A stretch of 64,000 nucleotides of DNA, from NCBI GenBank assembly GCA_019637155.1, contig JAHBWE010000017.1, positions 211,627-275,626 of the forward strand, in the 5' to 3' direction. This DNA comes from Labilithrix sp. GTDB taxonomy: Bacteria > Myxococcota_A > Polyangia > Polyangiales > Polyangiaceae. Shown piece by piece: positions 27,187-37,352 of this stretch (position 1 is its first letter; every line of letters begins with the position of its first letter). The notes beneath the pieces are model-generated. The model worked only from the letters and a program-made list of their open reading frames with translations, did not search any database and was not told the origin of the DNA. Made by a program: the position numbers and the translations under genes.

Positions 27187-27209
27187 CGCTCTCTGCGCTC
27201 TCCGCGCGC

Positions 27210-28439
27210 TCAGAACGTGGCCGGCACGCGCTTCGCTTCGTCGCCGGTCGTCACGAGCTGGCGGAGCCACTCCGTGAGGGCGACGCCGTCCGCGGTCGCG
27301 CCGTACATCGCGTCGTCTTTCGTGAAGTAGGTGTGGCCGGAGCCGGGGCCGTAGAAGGTCGAGAAGTTGGGGCTGTCGATCGTGCGGATGTCGCGGAGGC
27401 CGTCGGCGAAGAACTGCGCGCTGAGGAGGCCGGGCGCGCCGCAGCTCCGCGTGTGACCGATGCCGTGGAAGTAGCGCATCACGAGGTCGTGCTCGTGCGA
27501 GACGAACGCGAACTTGTTCTTCGGGTGCTTCGCGATCACCTCCTTCACGAGCGCCTTCAGCCCCGGCCCCGCGACGCCGCTCGTCCTGTCGAAGCCGAGC
27601 GGAAACGGACCCTCGACCGGCGACGTCTCTTCCATGAGCCAGGTCTGCTTCCATTTCTGCTGGAGGCACGGCGTGGTGAAGTCGGAGGAGAGCGGCGGCC
27701 CCGAGTCGTCGATCATGGTGACGTCGAGCCAGTGGAAGGCCTTCTGGACCTGCACGAAGTTGTAGGCCGCGCCGTAGCCGCCTGCGCTCATGCCGGTGAG
27801 CACGAGCTGATCGGCGTCGCGAAACGTCGAGACGACGCGCGGGAGGTATGCGGCGACGTTCTTGAACCCGACCTGCGGCCGCCCCTTGAAGCCGGCGGGG
27901 TTCGCGCCGGCGAAGGTGTCGCCCGAGCAGTAGGGCACGTAGACGTAGTTCCAATCGCGGAACGGGTTCTCGGGGCGTTCGCGGTTCATCACCGCCGACT
28001 TGCCGTCCGTCGTCGACCACGTCGCGAAGTCCTCCGCGTTCGCGTGGTTCGCGGAGAGCGCACGGTCGGCGATCGCGCACGTCTGGCCGTCGAAGCAGGC
28101 GCCGCCCCCCATCATGAAGACGAGCACCTTCTTCGATCCGGTCGGCGATCGATTGACGCCGAGCCCCGTCTTCGAGCCGTCCATGCACTGCGGAGCGCCG
28201 TCGAAGTGCTGCTCGTCGAGCCACTTCCATTCGCCCGGCCCGCTCGCCGGCAACGCCTCCGCGAGCTCCTCCGGATTCGCGGGCGCCGCGGTGTCGGCAT
28301 CGCCGTCGTCCTTCACGTCGCCCGCGCGCTTCTCCGACGACGCAGGCGTCTCGCCCGCGCCCAGCGAAACCGGCGCCGCGGCATCAGCCGCACACGCGGC
28401 GAGAAAGAGAGCCGCGATCGCAAACGCCACTTTCGTCAT
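27210..28439 (-). CDS. Pectin acetylesterase-family (PAE/Notum-like) lipoprotein.
   Basis: Signal peptide MTKVAFAIAALFLAAC. PAE blocks: VLVFMMGGGACFDG, YVPYCSGDTFAG, LTGMSAGGYGA. Confidence 0.75.
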   Translation of the reverse strand: MTKVAFAIAALFLAACAADAAAPVSLGAGETPASSEKRAGDVKDDGDADTAAPANPEELAEALPASGPGEWKWLDEQHFDGAPQCMDGSKTGLGVNRSPTGSKKVLVFMMGGGACFDGQTCAIADRALSANHANAEDFATWSTTDGKSAVMNRERPENPFRDWNYVYVPYCSGDTFAGANPAGFKGRPQVGFKNVAAYLPRVVSTFRDADQLVLTGMSAGGYGAAYNFVQVQKAFHWLDVTMIDDSGPPLSSDFTTPCLQQKWKQTWLMEETSPVEGPFPLGFDRTSGVAGPGLKALVKEVIAKHPKNKFAFVSHEHDLVMRYFHGIGHTRSCGAPGLLSAQFFADGLRDIRTIDSPNFSTFYGPGSGHTYFTKDDAMYGATADGVALTEWLRQLVTTGDEAKRVPATF

Positions 28440-28609
28440 CCAAGCCGACCTCACGCAATCCCGATGCCGTCGAGAAACCCCGTCAAAACCCGACGATCCG
28501 CGGCTATTCCGTGTAATGACCTCGTTACACGCCGATCACCCGTAGCCCACACGGAGACGCGAGCCGCGAGCACGCTGGGCTCCGTTGAAGGTTCGGGGGC
28601 GCGCGAGGC

Positions 28610-30199
28610 TCACGCCTTTGCGCGGGGGGTCGGGCGGGGGATGCGGGCCGAGGAGGGGGGTGGGTGCGCGGCGGTGCGGGTTACTGCCTGGGCGTGCTTG
28701 AGGCGGGCTTGGGCCTCCTTCAGCTTGGCTTCGCGGAGGGCGGCGGCTCGCTTCTCCTCTTCGCGGGCCTTGCCGTCGCGGGACTCCTTCGCCGTCTTCT
28801 TCTCCGAGTACATGCGCTCGTCGGCGAGGGTGAGGAGCTCGTCGATCGTCGCCTTGCCGCCGGCGGGCTGGAACGCGGCGCCGGTGCTGCTGTGAAGACG
28901 ATACGGCGTGTCGTGTTGCTTCGCGTCCTTGTCCATCTCGGCGCGGAGGCGGTCGAGGACGGTCGCGATCGAAGACTCGTCCGCGCCGTCGACGAGCGCG
29001 ACGTACTCGTCGCCGCCGAGGCGCGCGACGATGTCCGACTCGCGGAACGTCGCCTTCAACACCGCGGCCATGCGCTGGATCGCGTCGTCGCCCGCCTCGT
29101 GGCCGTACGTGTCGTTGATCGTCTTCAGGCCGTTGAGGTCGCAGAACAGGATCGCGAAGGGACGGTTCGCGCGGATCGCGGTGCGGGCGTACTGGTTCGA
29201 GAGGACGGTGAAGCCGCGACGGTTGTAGAGGCCGGTGAGCTCGTCGCTGAGCGATTGCACCTGGAGCTCGGCCGCTTGCAGCGCGAGGAGCTCGAGGTCG
29301 TTTCGCTCGCGCGTCACGTCGCGGAAGACGACGACGCCGGCGAGGACCTCGCGCCGCTCGTTGCGCACCGGGCGGCTGGTCGCGCTGAGATGGACGCGCT
29401 CCTTCCCGTCGGAGGGGAGCGTCACCTCGAGGTTGTCGAGCGCCTCGCCGCGGAGCGCGCGGCCGAACGGGCCGTCGCCGAAGTCGAACGGCGTGCCGTC
29501 GACGCGGCGGACGCCGTTCCGGATCGCCTCGTCGATCCCGATCTGTCCCTGCCCGAAGCCGACCCCGAACATGCGCCGGAACTCCGCGTTCACGACGACG
29601 CACTTGCCGTCGCGGTCGACCGCCGCGACCGCGTCGCCGATGCTGTCGAGGATCGAGCCGAGGAGCGCGTTCTGGCGCTTCATGTCCTGCCGTCCGCTCT
29701 GGATGACGAAGTAGGCCGCCGCCGCGAAGGCGAGCGCGAAGAAGGTGCAGAAGAGCAGCACCATCCCCTCGACGTTGCGCTTGCTCCGCGCGTCCGCCTC
29801 GAGCACCGCGAGCGCGGCGTCCTCGTCGCCCCTCATCACGTCGAGCTGGATGCGCACCGCGCGGACGTTCGCCTCGTCGTAGCGGAGCGCGTCCGCGCGC
29901 GCCTGCTGCCGCGCGTCGTCCGCCGTGAGATCGTGGAGCCGCTTGAACGCCTCCTTCGCGCGATCGGGCCGCGCCTCGTCGACCGCGATGCGCGCCTCCG
30001 CGATCGTGAGCTTCACCTCCGTCGAGCGCGTGACCTGATCGACCGCGCGGAGGTACGCGCCGCGCGAGATGCTGAGCGCGAGGAGAGAGAGGAGGAGCCC
30101 GAGCGTGAGGAAGAGGAGAACGCCGGTCGGGGTCTGGTCGCGAAGGCCACCTTCGCGCGGGCTCGCGCCGAGCACCTGTTCTTCGGTCGACCGTTCCAA
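28610..30199 (-). CDS. Membrane-anchored PAS-GGDEF diguanylate cyclase.
   Basis: Two TM segments and a PAS-like region. GGDEF domain present: LTGLYNRRGF, RLGGDEY, HEAGD. Confidence 0.8.
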   Translation of the reverse strand: MERSTEEQVLGASPREGGLRDQTPTGVLLFLTLGLLLSLLALSISRGAYLRAVDQVTRSTEVKLTIAEARIAVDEARPDRAKEAFKRLHDLTADDARQQARADALRYDEANVRAVRIQLDVMRGDEDAALAVLEADARSKRNVEGMVLLFCTFFALAFAAAAYFVIQSGRQDMKRQNALLGSILDSIGDAVAAVDRDGKCVVVNAEFRRMFGVGFGQGQIGIDEAIRNGVRRVDGTPFDFGDGPFGRALRGEALDNLEVTLPSDGKERVHLSATSRPVRNERREVLAGVVVFRDVTRERNDLELLALQAAELQVQSLSDELTGLYNRRGFTVLSNQYARTAIRANRPFAILFCDLNGLKTINDTYGHEAGDDAIQRMAAVLKATFRESDIVARLGGDEYVALVDGADESSIATVLDRLRAEMDKDAKQHDTPYRLHSSTGAAFQPAGGKATIDELLTLADERMYSEKKTAKESRDGKAREEEKRAAALREAKLKEAQARLKHAQAVTRTAAHPPPSSARIPRPTPRAKA

Positions 30200-30349
30200 G
30201 CTCGAACCGAGACTATCGCAGGGACGCGCACACCATGATCGGACCGATCGAACCCACGAATTTCAGGTTTTTGAGCCGCCCAACCATCGAGAATCCTTCA
30301 GCACGCACTCTGTCCCACCTGTGGTACCCATGTTGCTTCGTAGGTGGGC

Positions 30350-30931
30350 ATGCGGCCGCTCCACGCGATCTTTTGCCTCGTGCTCCTCCCCTCCGCCGTC
30401 GCGTGCACGAGCGCGAACGACGAACCCACGACGTCGTCGGAGGCGCAGATGACCGACACCGGTCCCGTCCTCGACTGCACGAAGCCCGGCTCGTTCCCGG
30501 AAGAAGCGATGCTCGCGCTGCCCGGCACCTACGAGCGCGTCGGGGCGTCGGCGGCGAACACGATGCGAGGGTTCACGATCGGCGCGCTCGAGGACATCGC
30601 GGGCTGGGCGGGCAAGAACGCGAGCTACACGCGCGACGTGACCGCGCCGTGCATGGACTTCGTCGCGATCGGCGACGGCTCGAGCCTCACGAAGGACAGC
30701 CCGCTGCCGATGACGAGCGACGCGTGCGCGGGACAAACGGGTACGATCACGACGCTGATGGACAACCCCGCGCTCGGCGCGTTCCTCTCGTTCGAAGACG
30801 CGTCCGGCCTGCCGTTCGGCAAGGACTTCTACTTCGTGACGAGCTCGCGGATCGAAGACGACAAGCTCGTCGCGATGTGCCTCTCGAGCGCGAGCGGCGA
30901 GCAGTTCCTCGTGACACGCAAGGGGCCGTGA
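30350..30931 (+). CDS. Hypothetical lipoprotein.
   Basis: MRPLHAIFCLVLLPSAVAC signal peptide with lipobox. Normal composition. Confidence 0.6.
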   Translation: MRPLHAIFCLVLLPSAVACTSANDEPTTSSEAQMTDTGPVLDCTKPGSFPEEAMLALPGTYERVGASAANTMRGFTIGALEDIAGWAGKNASYTRDVTAPCMDFVAIGDGSSLTKDSPLPMTSDACAGQTGTITTLMDNPALGAFLSFEDASGLPFGKDFYFVTSSRIEDDKLVAMCLSSASGEQFLVTRKGP

Positions 30932-31046
30932 GCTGCTCTCGCCGGTCCTGATCGACGATCCGGAGCGGCTGCGCGCGCTCGCGACCGACTGGGCCGCGCT
31001 CCTCGAGGAGAGCGCGACGAACGAGATCACGCTCCATCCGACCTGG

Positions 31047-32066
31047 ATGCTCGCGTGGTGGGACGCGTTCGGCGACGCCGGCGGCCGCCGCCTCTGCACG
31101 ATCGCGTTCTACGAAGGCAGCCGCCTCGTCGGGCTCGCGCCGCTGCTCGCGCGGCCGTTCGTCCATCCCCCGCGCCTCCGCTTCCGCCGCCTCGAGTCCC
31201 TCGCGTCGGGCGAGGACGAAGCCGACGAGACGTGCTCGGAGCACCTCGGCCTCATCGCCGCGCGCGGCGCGGAGGGCGCGGTGGTGTCCGCCTTCGCGCG
31301 CACGCTCCGCGACGGCCGCTTCGGAGCGTGGGACGAGCTGGTGATCCCGGGCATGAACGACGAGAGCGCGCTCACGGAGCGACTCGCGTCCGAGCTCGAG
31401 GCGCGGCGCCTCTTCGTCGCGGTGGAGGAGCGCGCGATCGCGCCGTGGATCCCGCTCCCGCGCACGTGGGACGAGTACCTCGCGCAGCTCGACCCGCCGC
31501 GCCGCGAGCGCCTCACGCGCTGGCTCGACGCGCTCGAGCGCTGGGGCGCGCCGGCGCTCGTGCGCGCGCGCACGGCGGAGGAGCTCGCGGAGGCGCGCCG
31601 CGTCCTCGAGGCGCTCCATCGCGCGCACCACCCCGGCGGCGGCGTGTACGCGTCCGCCCGCTTCCGCCGCTTCCACGAGCGCGTGATGCCGGAGCTCCTC
31701 GCCCTCGGCGCGCTCGACGCCGGGTGGCTCTCCGTCCGCGGCGAGCCAATCGCTGCGTTCTACAACCTTCGCTGGAACGGCCGCGCGTGGCACTACCAGA
31801 GCGGGCACGCGCGCGGCGTCCCGGAGGACGTCCGCGTCGGGGTGACGCTGCAGGCGCTCCTCGTCCGCGCCGCGATCGAGGACGGCCTGCGCGAGTACGA
31901 CTTCCTCGCCGGCGTCCTCGACTACAAGACGGCGCTCTCGCTCGAGCGGCGCCGCCTCGTGACGCTGCGCGCGGCGCGCCCTTCCCTCGTCGAGTCGGGG
32001 CGCCGGCTGACGTCGCTCCTCCGCCGCGTCGGCAAGGGGATGCGGCATCGCTCCGAGAGCCGCTAG
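31047..32066 (+). CDS. GNAT-family (FemAB/CelD-like) acetyltransferase.
   Basis: The CelD/BioF2-like N-terminal pattern (WMLAWWDAFG) actually begins upstream of the first ATG (VLIDDPERLRALATDWAALL...). That stretch has no canonical start. Confidence 0.65.
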   Translation: MLAWWDAFGDAGGRRLCTIAFYEGSRLVGLAPLLARPFVHPPRLRFRRLESLASGEDEADETCSEHLGLIAARGAEGAVVSAFARTLRDGRFGAWDELVIPGMNDESALTERLASELEARRLFVAVEERAIAPWIPLPRTWDEYLAQLDPPRRERLTRWLDALERWGAPALVRARTAEELAEARRVLEALHRAHHPGGGVYASARFRRFHERVMPELLALGALDAGWLSVRGEPIAAFYNLRWNGRAWHYQSGHARGVPEDVRVGVTLQALLVRAAIEDGLREYDFLAGVLDYKTALSLERRRLVTLRAARPSLVESGRRLTSLLRRVGKGMRHRSESR

Positions 32067-32078
32067 ACTGCCGCCTCG

Positions 32079-32693
32079 GTGAAGCGCTACGTCGCGGTGG
32101 CGGGGACGATCGGATCGGGCAAGAGCTCGCTCGTGGCGTGGCTCGTGAAGCGGTACGGCCTCGTCCCATACTACGAGCCCAACGACGAGAACCCGTACCT
32201 CGCCGACTTCTATCGCGACATGAAGACCTGGGCCTTCCACTCCCAGATGTTCTTCCTCGCGCACAAGCTCGCGCTCCATCAGGAGCTCCTCGCGAGCACG
32301 GCGCCCGCCGTGATCGACCGCACGATCTACGAGGACGCGGAGATCTTCGCGCGCAGCCTCAAGGACCAGCGCTACCTGAGCGCCCGCGACTGGAAGGTCT
32401 ACGAGAAGCTCTACGAGGGCATCAAGCGGACGCTCCCGCCGCCCGACGTGCTCATCGCCGTCACCTGCAGCCTCGCGACGTCGAAGAAGCGCATCGCCCG
32501 CCGCGGCCGCGAGATGGAGCAGGCGATCCCGACGCCCTACCTCCGCCGCCTCCACCGTCTCTACAGCGCGTGGTTCGACGGCTACGACCTCGGCCCGATC
32601 GTCCGCATCGACACCACCGACCTCGACTACGTCGAGAACCTCGTCGACCTGATCGAGCTCCAGCAGACCCTCGACCGCGTGCTCCTCGTCTGA
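32079..32693 (+). CDS. Deoxynucleoside kinase.
   Basis: P-loop GTIGSGKSS. Blocks YYEPNDENPYL, ERTIYED, RIARRGREME are typical of dNK-family kinases. Confidence 0.85.
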   Translation: MKRYVAVAGTIGSGKSSLVAWLVKRYGLVPYYEPNDENPYLADFYRDMKTWAFHSQMFFLAHKLALHQELLASTAPAVIDRTIYEDAEIFARSLKDQRYLSARDWKVYEKLYEGIKRTLPPPDVLIAVTCSLATSKKRIARRGREMEQAIPTPYLRRLHRLYSAWFDGYDLGPIVRIDTTDLDYVENLVDLIELQQTLDRVLLV

Positions 32694-32716
32694 CGAGGTA
32701 GGATCGAAGCGCGACC

Positions 32717-33547
32717 ATGCCGACTCGTGCCTCCGGTCTCCGTGAGCTCGCGCCGAGGTTCGATGCGTTCTTCGTGGACGTCTGGGGCGTCCTTCATCAT
32801 GGCGACGGGCCCTTCGACGGGGTCGTCGGCGCGCTCGAAGGGCTCGCCGCGGCGGGGCGCGAGGTCGTCCTCCTCACCAACACGTCGCGGCTCGGTAACG
32901 CGGTCGCGGCGACGCTCGGCGGGATGGGGATCGATCGCGCGCTCTTCCACGACGTCGTCACCGCCGGCGACGTGACGCGCGCCGCGCTCGCCCTCCGCGC
33001 GCCGCCGCTGCCGCGCGCGCCGCGCTGCTATCACTACGGCGCAGCGTCGTTCGTGCCGTGGCTCTTCGCGCTCGATCTCGCCTTCACCGACGACGTCGCC
33101 GACGCCGACCTCGTCGTCGCGACTGGCGCGGTGGCGGACGACGCCGAGCTCGACGCCGCGCGCGCGCACCTCGCGAGCGCCGCCGCGCGCAAGGTGCCGC
33201 TCGTGTGCACGAACCCCGATCGCGTGATCCCGACCGCCGGCGGTCCGAAGCTCGGGCCCGGCGCGGTCGCGCACGCCTACGCCGAGCTCGGCGGCCCGAT
33301 CTTCCTCTACGGCAAGCCGTACGCGCCGATCTACGCCGAGGCGCGGCGGCGGATCGACGCGACGCGCATCCTCGCGCTCGGCGACACGCTCGAGACCGAC
33401 GTCCGCGGCGCCCGCGACGCCGGGCTCCCCTCCGCCCTCGTCGCGCGCTCCGGCGTGCACGCCGGCGTGGCCCCCTCCGCCCTCGACGCCCTCTTCGAGC
33501 GCGAGCACGTCACCCCCGACTTCGTCCTCGACCGATTCGTTTGGTAG
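32717..33547 (+). CDS. HAD-superfamily class IIA hydrolase.
   Basis: FFVDVWGVLHHG (the DxWG/DxDG motif) and the C-terminal GDTLETDVRGA motif. Confidence 0.8.
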   Translation: MPTRASGLRELAPRFDAFFVDVWGVLHHGDGPFDGVVGALEGLAAAGREVVLLTNTSRLGNAVAATLGGMGIDRALFHDVVTAGDVTRAALALRAPPLPRAPRCYHYGAASFVPWLFALDLAFTDDVADADLVVATGAVADDAELDAARAHLASAAARKVPLVCTNPDRVIPTAGGPKLGPGAVAHAYAELGGPIFLYGKPYAPIYAEARRRIDATRILALGDTLETDVRGARDAGLPSALVARSGVHAGVAPSALDALFEREHVTPDFVLDRFVW

Positions 33548-33559
33548 CTCAAATCAGAA

Positions 33560-34792
33560 TCAGAGCGCGTCGAGCCGGAGGACGTTTCCTTGCTTTCGAT
33601 CCGTCAGCCAGATCTTCCCGTCCGGCCCGAAGGTAAATCCGGAGAGCGCGCCGCGGCCGAGGCCGGTGTCGAGGGAGCGCAGCGGGTTGCCGGATTTGTC
33701 GAACGCGTAGAAGGCCCCCGTCGCCGCGTCGGTGACGTAGATGACGCCGCGGCGGACCTCGAGGCCGCTCGGGTGCGTCAGGAAGCCGGGCGCGACCACC
33801 TCCTCGACCGCGGTGCCGTTCATCACGACACCCTTCTTCAGGATCTCGTTCTTGCGCGGGAGCTCCTTGCCTTCGGTGCCCTTGGTCGTGTCGAGCCGGA
33901 CGATGCGGGCGTTGCCGGTGTCCGCGACGTACAAGAACCGGTCGGCGGGATCGTAGAAGACGTGGCTCGAGACGCCGTCGACGCCCTTCACCTGCTCGAC
34001 CGCGTACCGGTAGATCTCGCCGTCGCTGTGGTCGTCCTCGCCCGGACCGTGGGGCTTGTTGAAGTTGTAGCGCTCGAGCGCGCCGAGCTCGCCGTTGAAC
34101 ACCCAGAACACGTTCCTCTCGACGTGCGCGATGCCGCGGCACATCGACGTGTTGTGCAGCATGTCGTAGTGGGAGCCGAGCCCGCCCGGCGTGGGCTTCG
34201 CGAAGACCGAGAGGTCCGACGTGAAGAGCGCCGGGCCCATGAAGTAGTTGCCGAGGAGGCGCGGATCGTTCTGCGCGTTGTCGTTGTCGCCGCAGATGCC
34301 CCAGAAGCCGTTCGCTCCCCACGCGAACGCCGGCGGCTTGTGCATGAAGTGCACCGCCGCGGGATCGATGATCTCTTCCCACGTCCCCGGCGACGTCTCC
34401 GAGATCCCCTTGCCGACGTGAACGGAGTCGTTGCCGTAGCCGATCGCCCACGCCTCGGTCGGATCGTCGCCGTTGAACTGGACGTCGACGAGCTGCACCG
34501 CGGCGCCCTTCTCCGCGGTGTAGATCGTCGTCAGCTTGACCGAGCCGGGCGTCCCGTCGCCGGTGCCGATCTCGCTGCCGTCGCCGATCGGCACGCACGT
34601 CGCCGCCGCGACGTCGCACGTCTCGCCTTCGACCGGACACTCCTCGTCGAGGGCGCACGCCGCGGGCTCGAGCGGCCCGGCGTCGGGCGGGACCGAGACG
34701 TAGACGACCTTCTTGTCGGACCCGCACGCGAAGCCGATCGCTCCGAGGAGGAGGACGCCGGCGACCAAGGGAAAGCGTGCAAGATTCGACAT
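33560..34792 (-). CDS. NHL/beta-propeller repeat lipoprotein.
   Basis: MSNLARFPLVAGVLLLGAIGFACGS. Repeated Y-V-A/TD..NxRIxR-type blades. Confidence 0.7.
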   Translation of the reverse strand: MSNLARFPLVAGVLLLGAIGFACGSDKKVVYVSVPPDAGPLEPAACALDEECPVEGETCDVAAATCVPIGDGSEIGTGDGTPGSVKLTTIYTAEKGAAVQLVDVQFNGDDPTEAWAIGYGNDSVHVGKGISETSPGTWEEIIDPAAVHFMHKPPAFAWGANGFWGICGDNDNAQNDPRLLGNYFMGPALFTSDLSVFAKPTPGGLGSHYDMLHNTSMCRGIAHVERNVFWVFNGELGALERYNFNKPHGPGEDDHSDGEIYRYAVEQVKGVDGVSSHVFYDPADRFLYVADTGNARIVRLDTTKGTEGKELPRKNEILKKGVVMNGTAVEEVVAPGFLTHPSGLEVRRGVIYVTDAATGAFYAFDKSGNPLRSLDTGLGRGALSGFTFGPDGKIWLTDRKQGNVLRLDAL

Positions 34793-34840
34793 GCCGACCT
34801 TTGGATTTATCGCCCGCTCGCCGCCGCGGCAACTCCTCCA

Positions 34841-35980
34841 TCAAAGCTCGCGGAGGCGCCTCTCGACGACGTCGTCGGCGCCGTCCGCCATCGCGTCGAG
34901 GACCACGCGGACGCGATCGTCCGCCGTAGCCACCGCCGCGCGGCGGACCGGCTCGACGTCGCCGGCCACGCGGAGGGCGAGGGCCGCGCCGACGCGCTCG
35001 TCCGGCGTGACGTCGGCGCTCGCGAGCACCGACCGCGCGAGCTCGGTGACGTTGCCGCTCGCGCGGTAGCCGCCGTCCAGCGCGGAGACGATGCGCGCGC
35101 GCCACTCCGGGAGCGAGAGGCCGCCGCGCTCGAAGAGCGCGCCGATCGCCGCGCCGCCGCCCACGGCGCGCTCGCGAGCGGCGTGGACGACGGCGTCGAC
35201 GCGAGCGCCGTCGACGCCGATCCCGCGAAGGACGTTCGGAAGGGCGGGGTCGCCGGCGCGGTACGCCTTCCGCTTCCAGCCGCGCTCGACGAGGACCCCG
35301 TCACGACCGACGACCACGCGCGGCGCGGCGAGCAGCTTCACGAGCGGCACGTAGAGCGCCATCTGGAGGAGCGCGCTCCCGGCCTGGAGCGCGTCGACCT
35401 CCCGGCCCCGCGAAGCGGCGAGAAGGAAAGCGGACACGACCATCGCGAAGGCGTAGACGCCGAACCCGAGCAAGAGGTGGAGCCACCGCCGCGACGGCAT
35501 CGCGAGGTCGACAGGGAGGCGCGCGCCCTCGGGCCCGAAGCCGAGCGCGCTCACGATCGTCGCCGCCGCGGCGGCGTCGTTCAGGCGGAGGTGGAGGCGG
35601 TCGCCGTTCGCGAGCGTGAGCTCCACGGTGGAGACGTGGACGCCGGGGTGCGGGCGATGGACCGCGAGCGCGCTCACGATCGACGAGCGCGGGACGATGC
35701 GCGTCCCCTTCCGCTCGCGCCGGAGGACGACCGCGTCCGGCGTCACCTCGACCTCGCCGCGATGGAACGAGTCGACGAAGGAGAGGACGAAGCTCGCGAC
35801 GATCGCGACGAAGCTCGTCACCGACACGAGCCCGTAGACGGAGTACAGATCCGGGCCGAGCCAATTGAACCGGAGCGCCACCATCAAGAGGCCGTTGAGG
35901 ACGTAGAGGCCCTTGAAGATCCGCGAGAAGAGCCGCGGCAGCGCGACGCGATTCACGCTGAGATAGGCCGGAAACCGCAT
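34841..35980 (-). CDS. Hypothetical polytopic membrane protein.
   Basis: Several TM helices. Acceptable composition. Confidence 0.55.
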   Translation of the reverse strand: MRFPAYLSVNRVALPRLFSRIFKGLYVLNGLLMVALRFNWLGPDLYSVYGLVSVTSFVAIVASFVLSFVDSFHRGEVEVTPDAVVLRRERKGTRIVPRSSIVSALAVHRPHPGVHVSTVELTLANGDRLHLRLNDAAAAATIVSALGFGPEGARLPVDLAMPSRRWLHLLLGFGVYAFAMVVSAFLLAASRGREVDALQAGSALLQMALYVPLVKLLAAPRVVVGRDGVLVERGWKRKAYRAGDPALPNVLRGIGVDGARVDAVVHAARERAVGGGAAIGALFERGGLSLPEWRARIVSALDGGYRASGNVTELARSVLASADVTPDERVGAALALRVAGDVEPVRRAAVATADDRVRVVLDAMADGADDVVERRLREL

Positions 35981-36030
35981 CGCCCTCGATCACTATACAG
36001 CTGATGCCAGCGTGAACCCGCCGTGCTCCA

Positions 36031-36639
36031 ATGGATCGTCGGATGACGCCGGAGCAGGAGGAGTGGATCTCGACGATGGTCCGTGGCGGCTACCTCACGG
36101 CCGATCAGATCGTGCGCGCGCTCATGGAAGACGAGGTCGATCGCGAGGACCTCGAGATCGACGAGAGCCAGCTCGCGGAGCTCGTCGACGCGAAGATGCG
36201 GGAGCGGCGACGGGAGCTGCAGCTCGCCGGCGCGTCGGCCTACGATCGTCTGAGCGACGTCTTCGACCTCCTCGAAGACAGCGGCATCTTCGCGCGCGAG
36301 AACTACTGGTGCTGCCAGTCGTGCGCGTACGCCGCGATCGACGAAGAGATCGCGGAGGCGCTCGAGGCGGGCGAGGAGGTGCGCGGCTACGTCTACTTCC
36401 ACTCGCAAGACACCGACCGCGCGGTCGAGAGTGGCGAGCTCCTCTTGCGGTTCGGCGGGCTGAGCGGAGAGCCGCTCCGCCTCGAGAGGGAGGCGACGCA
36501 GCAGATCGGCGAGGAGGTCACGACCGCGCTCGAGGACGCCGGCTTCGAGGTCCGCTGGTCCGGCTCGCCGGGGGAGGCGATCACGATGACGATCGCCTGG
36601 GACAAACCTCCCCCCGCGGCGGCGCGCGACCTTCACTGA
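36031..36639 (+). CDS. Hypothetical acidic cytoplasmic protein.
   Basis: Normal, acidic composition. The opposing ORFs are junk. Confidence 0.55.
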   Translation: MDRRMTPEQEEWISTMVRGGYLTADQIVRALMEDEVDREDLEIDESQLAELVDAKMRERRRELQLAGASAYDRLSDVFDLLEDSGIFARENYWCCQSCAYAAIDEEIAEALEAGEEVRGYVYFHSQDTDRAVESGELLLRFGGLSGEPLRLEREATQQIGEEVTTALEDAGFEVRWSGSPGEAITMTIAWDKPPPAAARDLH

Positions 36640-37256
36640 CCCAAGCCGTGCTCCTTCGCGATCGCGGCGTTCTTCTCGTCCGCGCGCTTCAGCGCGGGGC
36701 GCGCGTCGAGGCGCTCGACGTACGCGGTGAAGGCGGGGCGCGCGTCGAGCATCTTCGTCATGAGCATGTAGCGGACGGTGCCGCCGAAGATGACGTCGGC
36801 CATCGAGAAGGTGGAGCCGAGGAGGAAGTCGCGACCGGTGACCGCCTTCTCCATCGCCGCGAGCATCGCGTCGTACGTGCCCCAGCCGACCTGGCTGTCC
36901 TTGAGCTGCCAGCCGCCCATCTTCGCCGTCACGCCGGGCTCGACGACGGAGGGCGCGAAGAACGACCAGCGGAGGTACGTCCCGCGCGCGGGGTCGTCCA
37001 TCTTCGGCGACAGGCGGCCGTACGCGTACCTGTCCGCGAGGTAGAGGTCGATCGCGGCGCACTCGGTGACGACGGCGTCGCCGTCGACGAGGACGGGCAC
37101 CTTGCCCATCCCGTTGAGCGCGACGTAGTCGGCGGACTTCTGCTCGCCTTTCATGATGTCGACCCAGCGAAGCTCGTACGGCTCGCCGACCTCTTCGAGC
37201 GCCCAGACGACGCCGGCCGCGCGCGAGTACGGATGGTGATGGAGGACGATGGACAT
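36633..37256 (-). CDS. Glutathione S-transferase.
   Basis: GST N- and C-domain blocks: LHHHPYSRAAGVVWALEE, NGMGKVPVLVDGD, LYLADRY. Confidence 0.85.
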   Translation of the reverse strand: MSIVLHHHPYSRAAGVVWALEEVGEPYELRWVDIMKGEQKSADYVALNGMGKVPVLVDGDAVVTECAAIDLYLADRYAYGRLSPKMDDPARGTYLRWSFFAPSVVEPGVTAKMGGWQLKDSQVGWGTYDAMLAAMEKAVTGRDFLLGSTFSMADVIFGGTVRYMLMTKMLDARPAFTAYVERLDARPALKRADEKNAAIAKEHGLGQ

Positions 37257-37352
37257 GGTGACCGCCTTTCGCGGCGAAGGTAGCTCCATCCGGATCCTCG
37301 AGGCTGAGGCTCGATGCCGCCGTTTCGGAACGATGCTATGCGGGGCCGGAGA

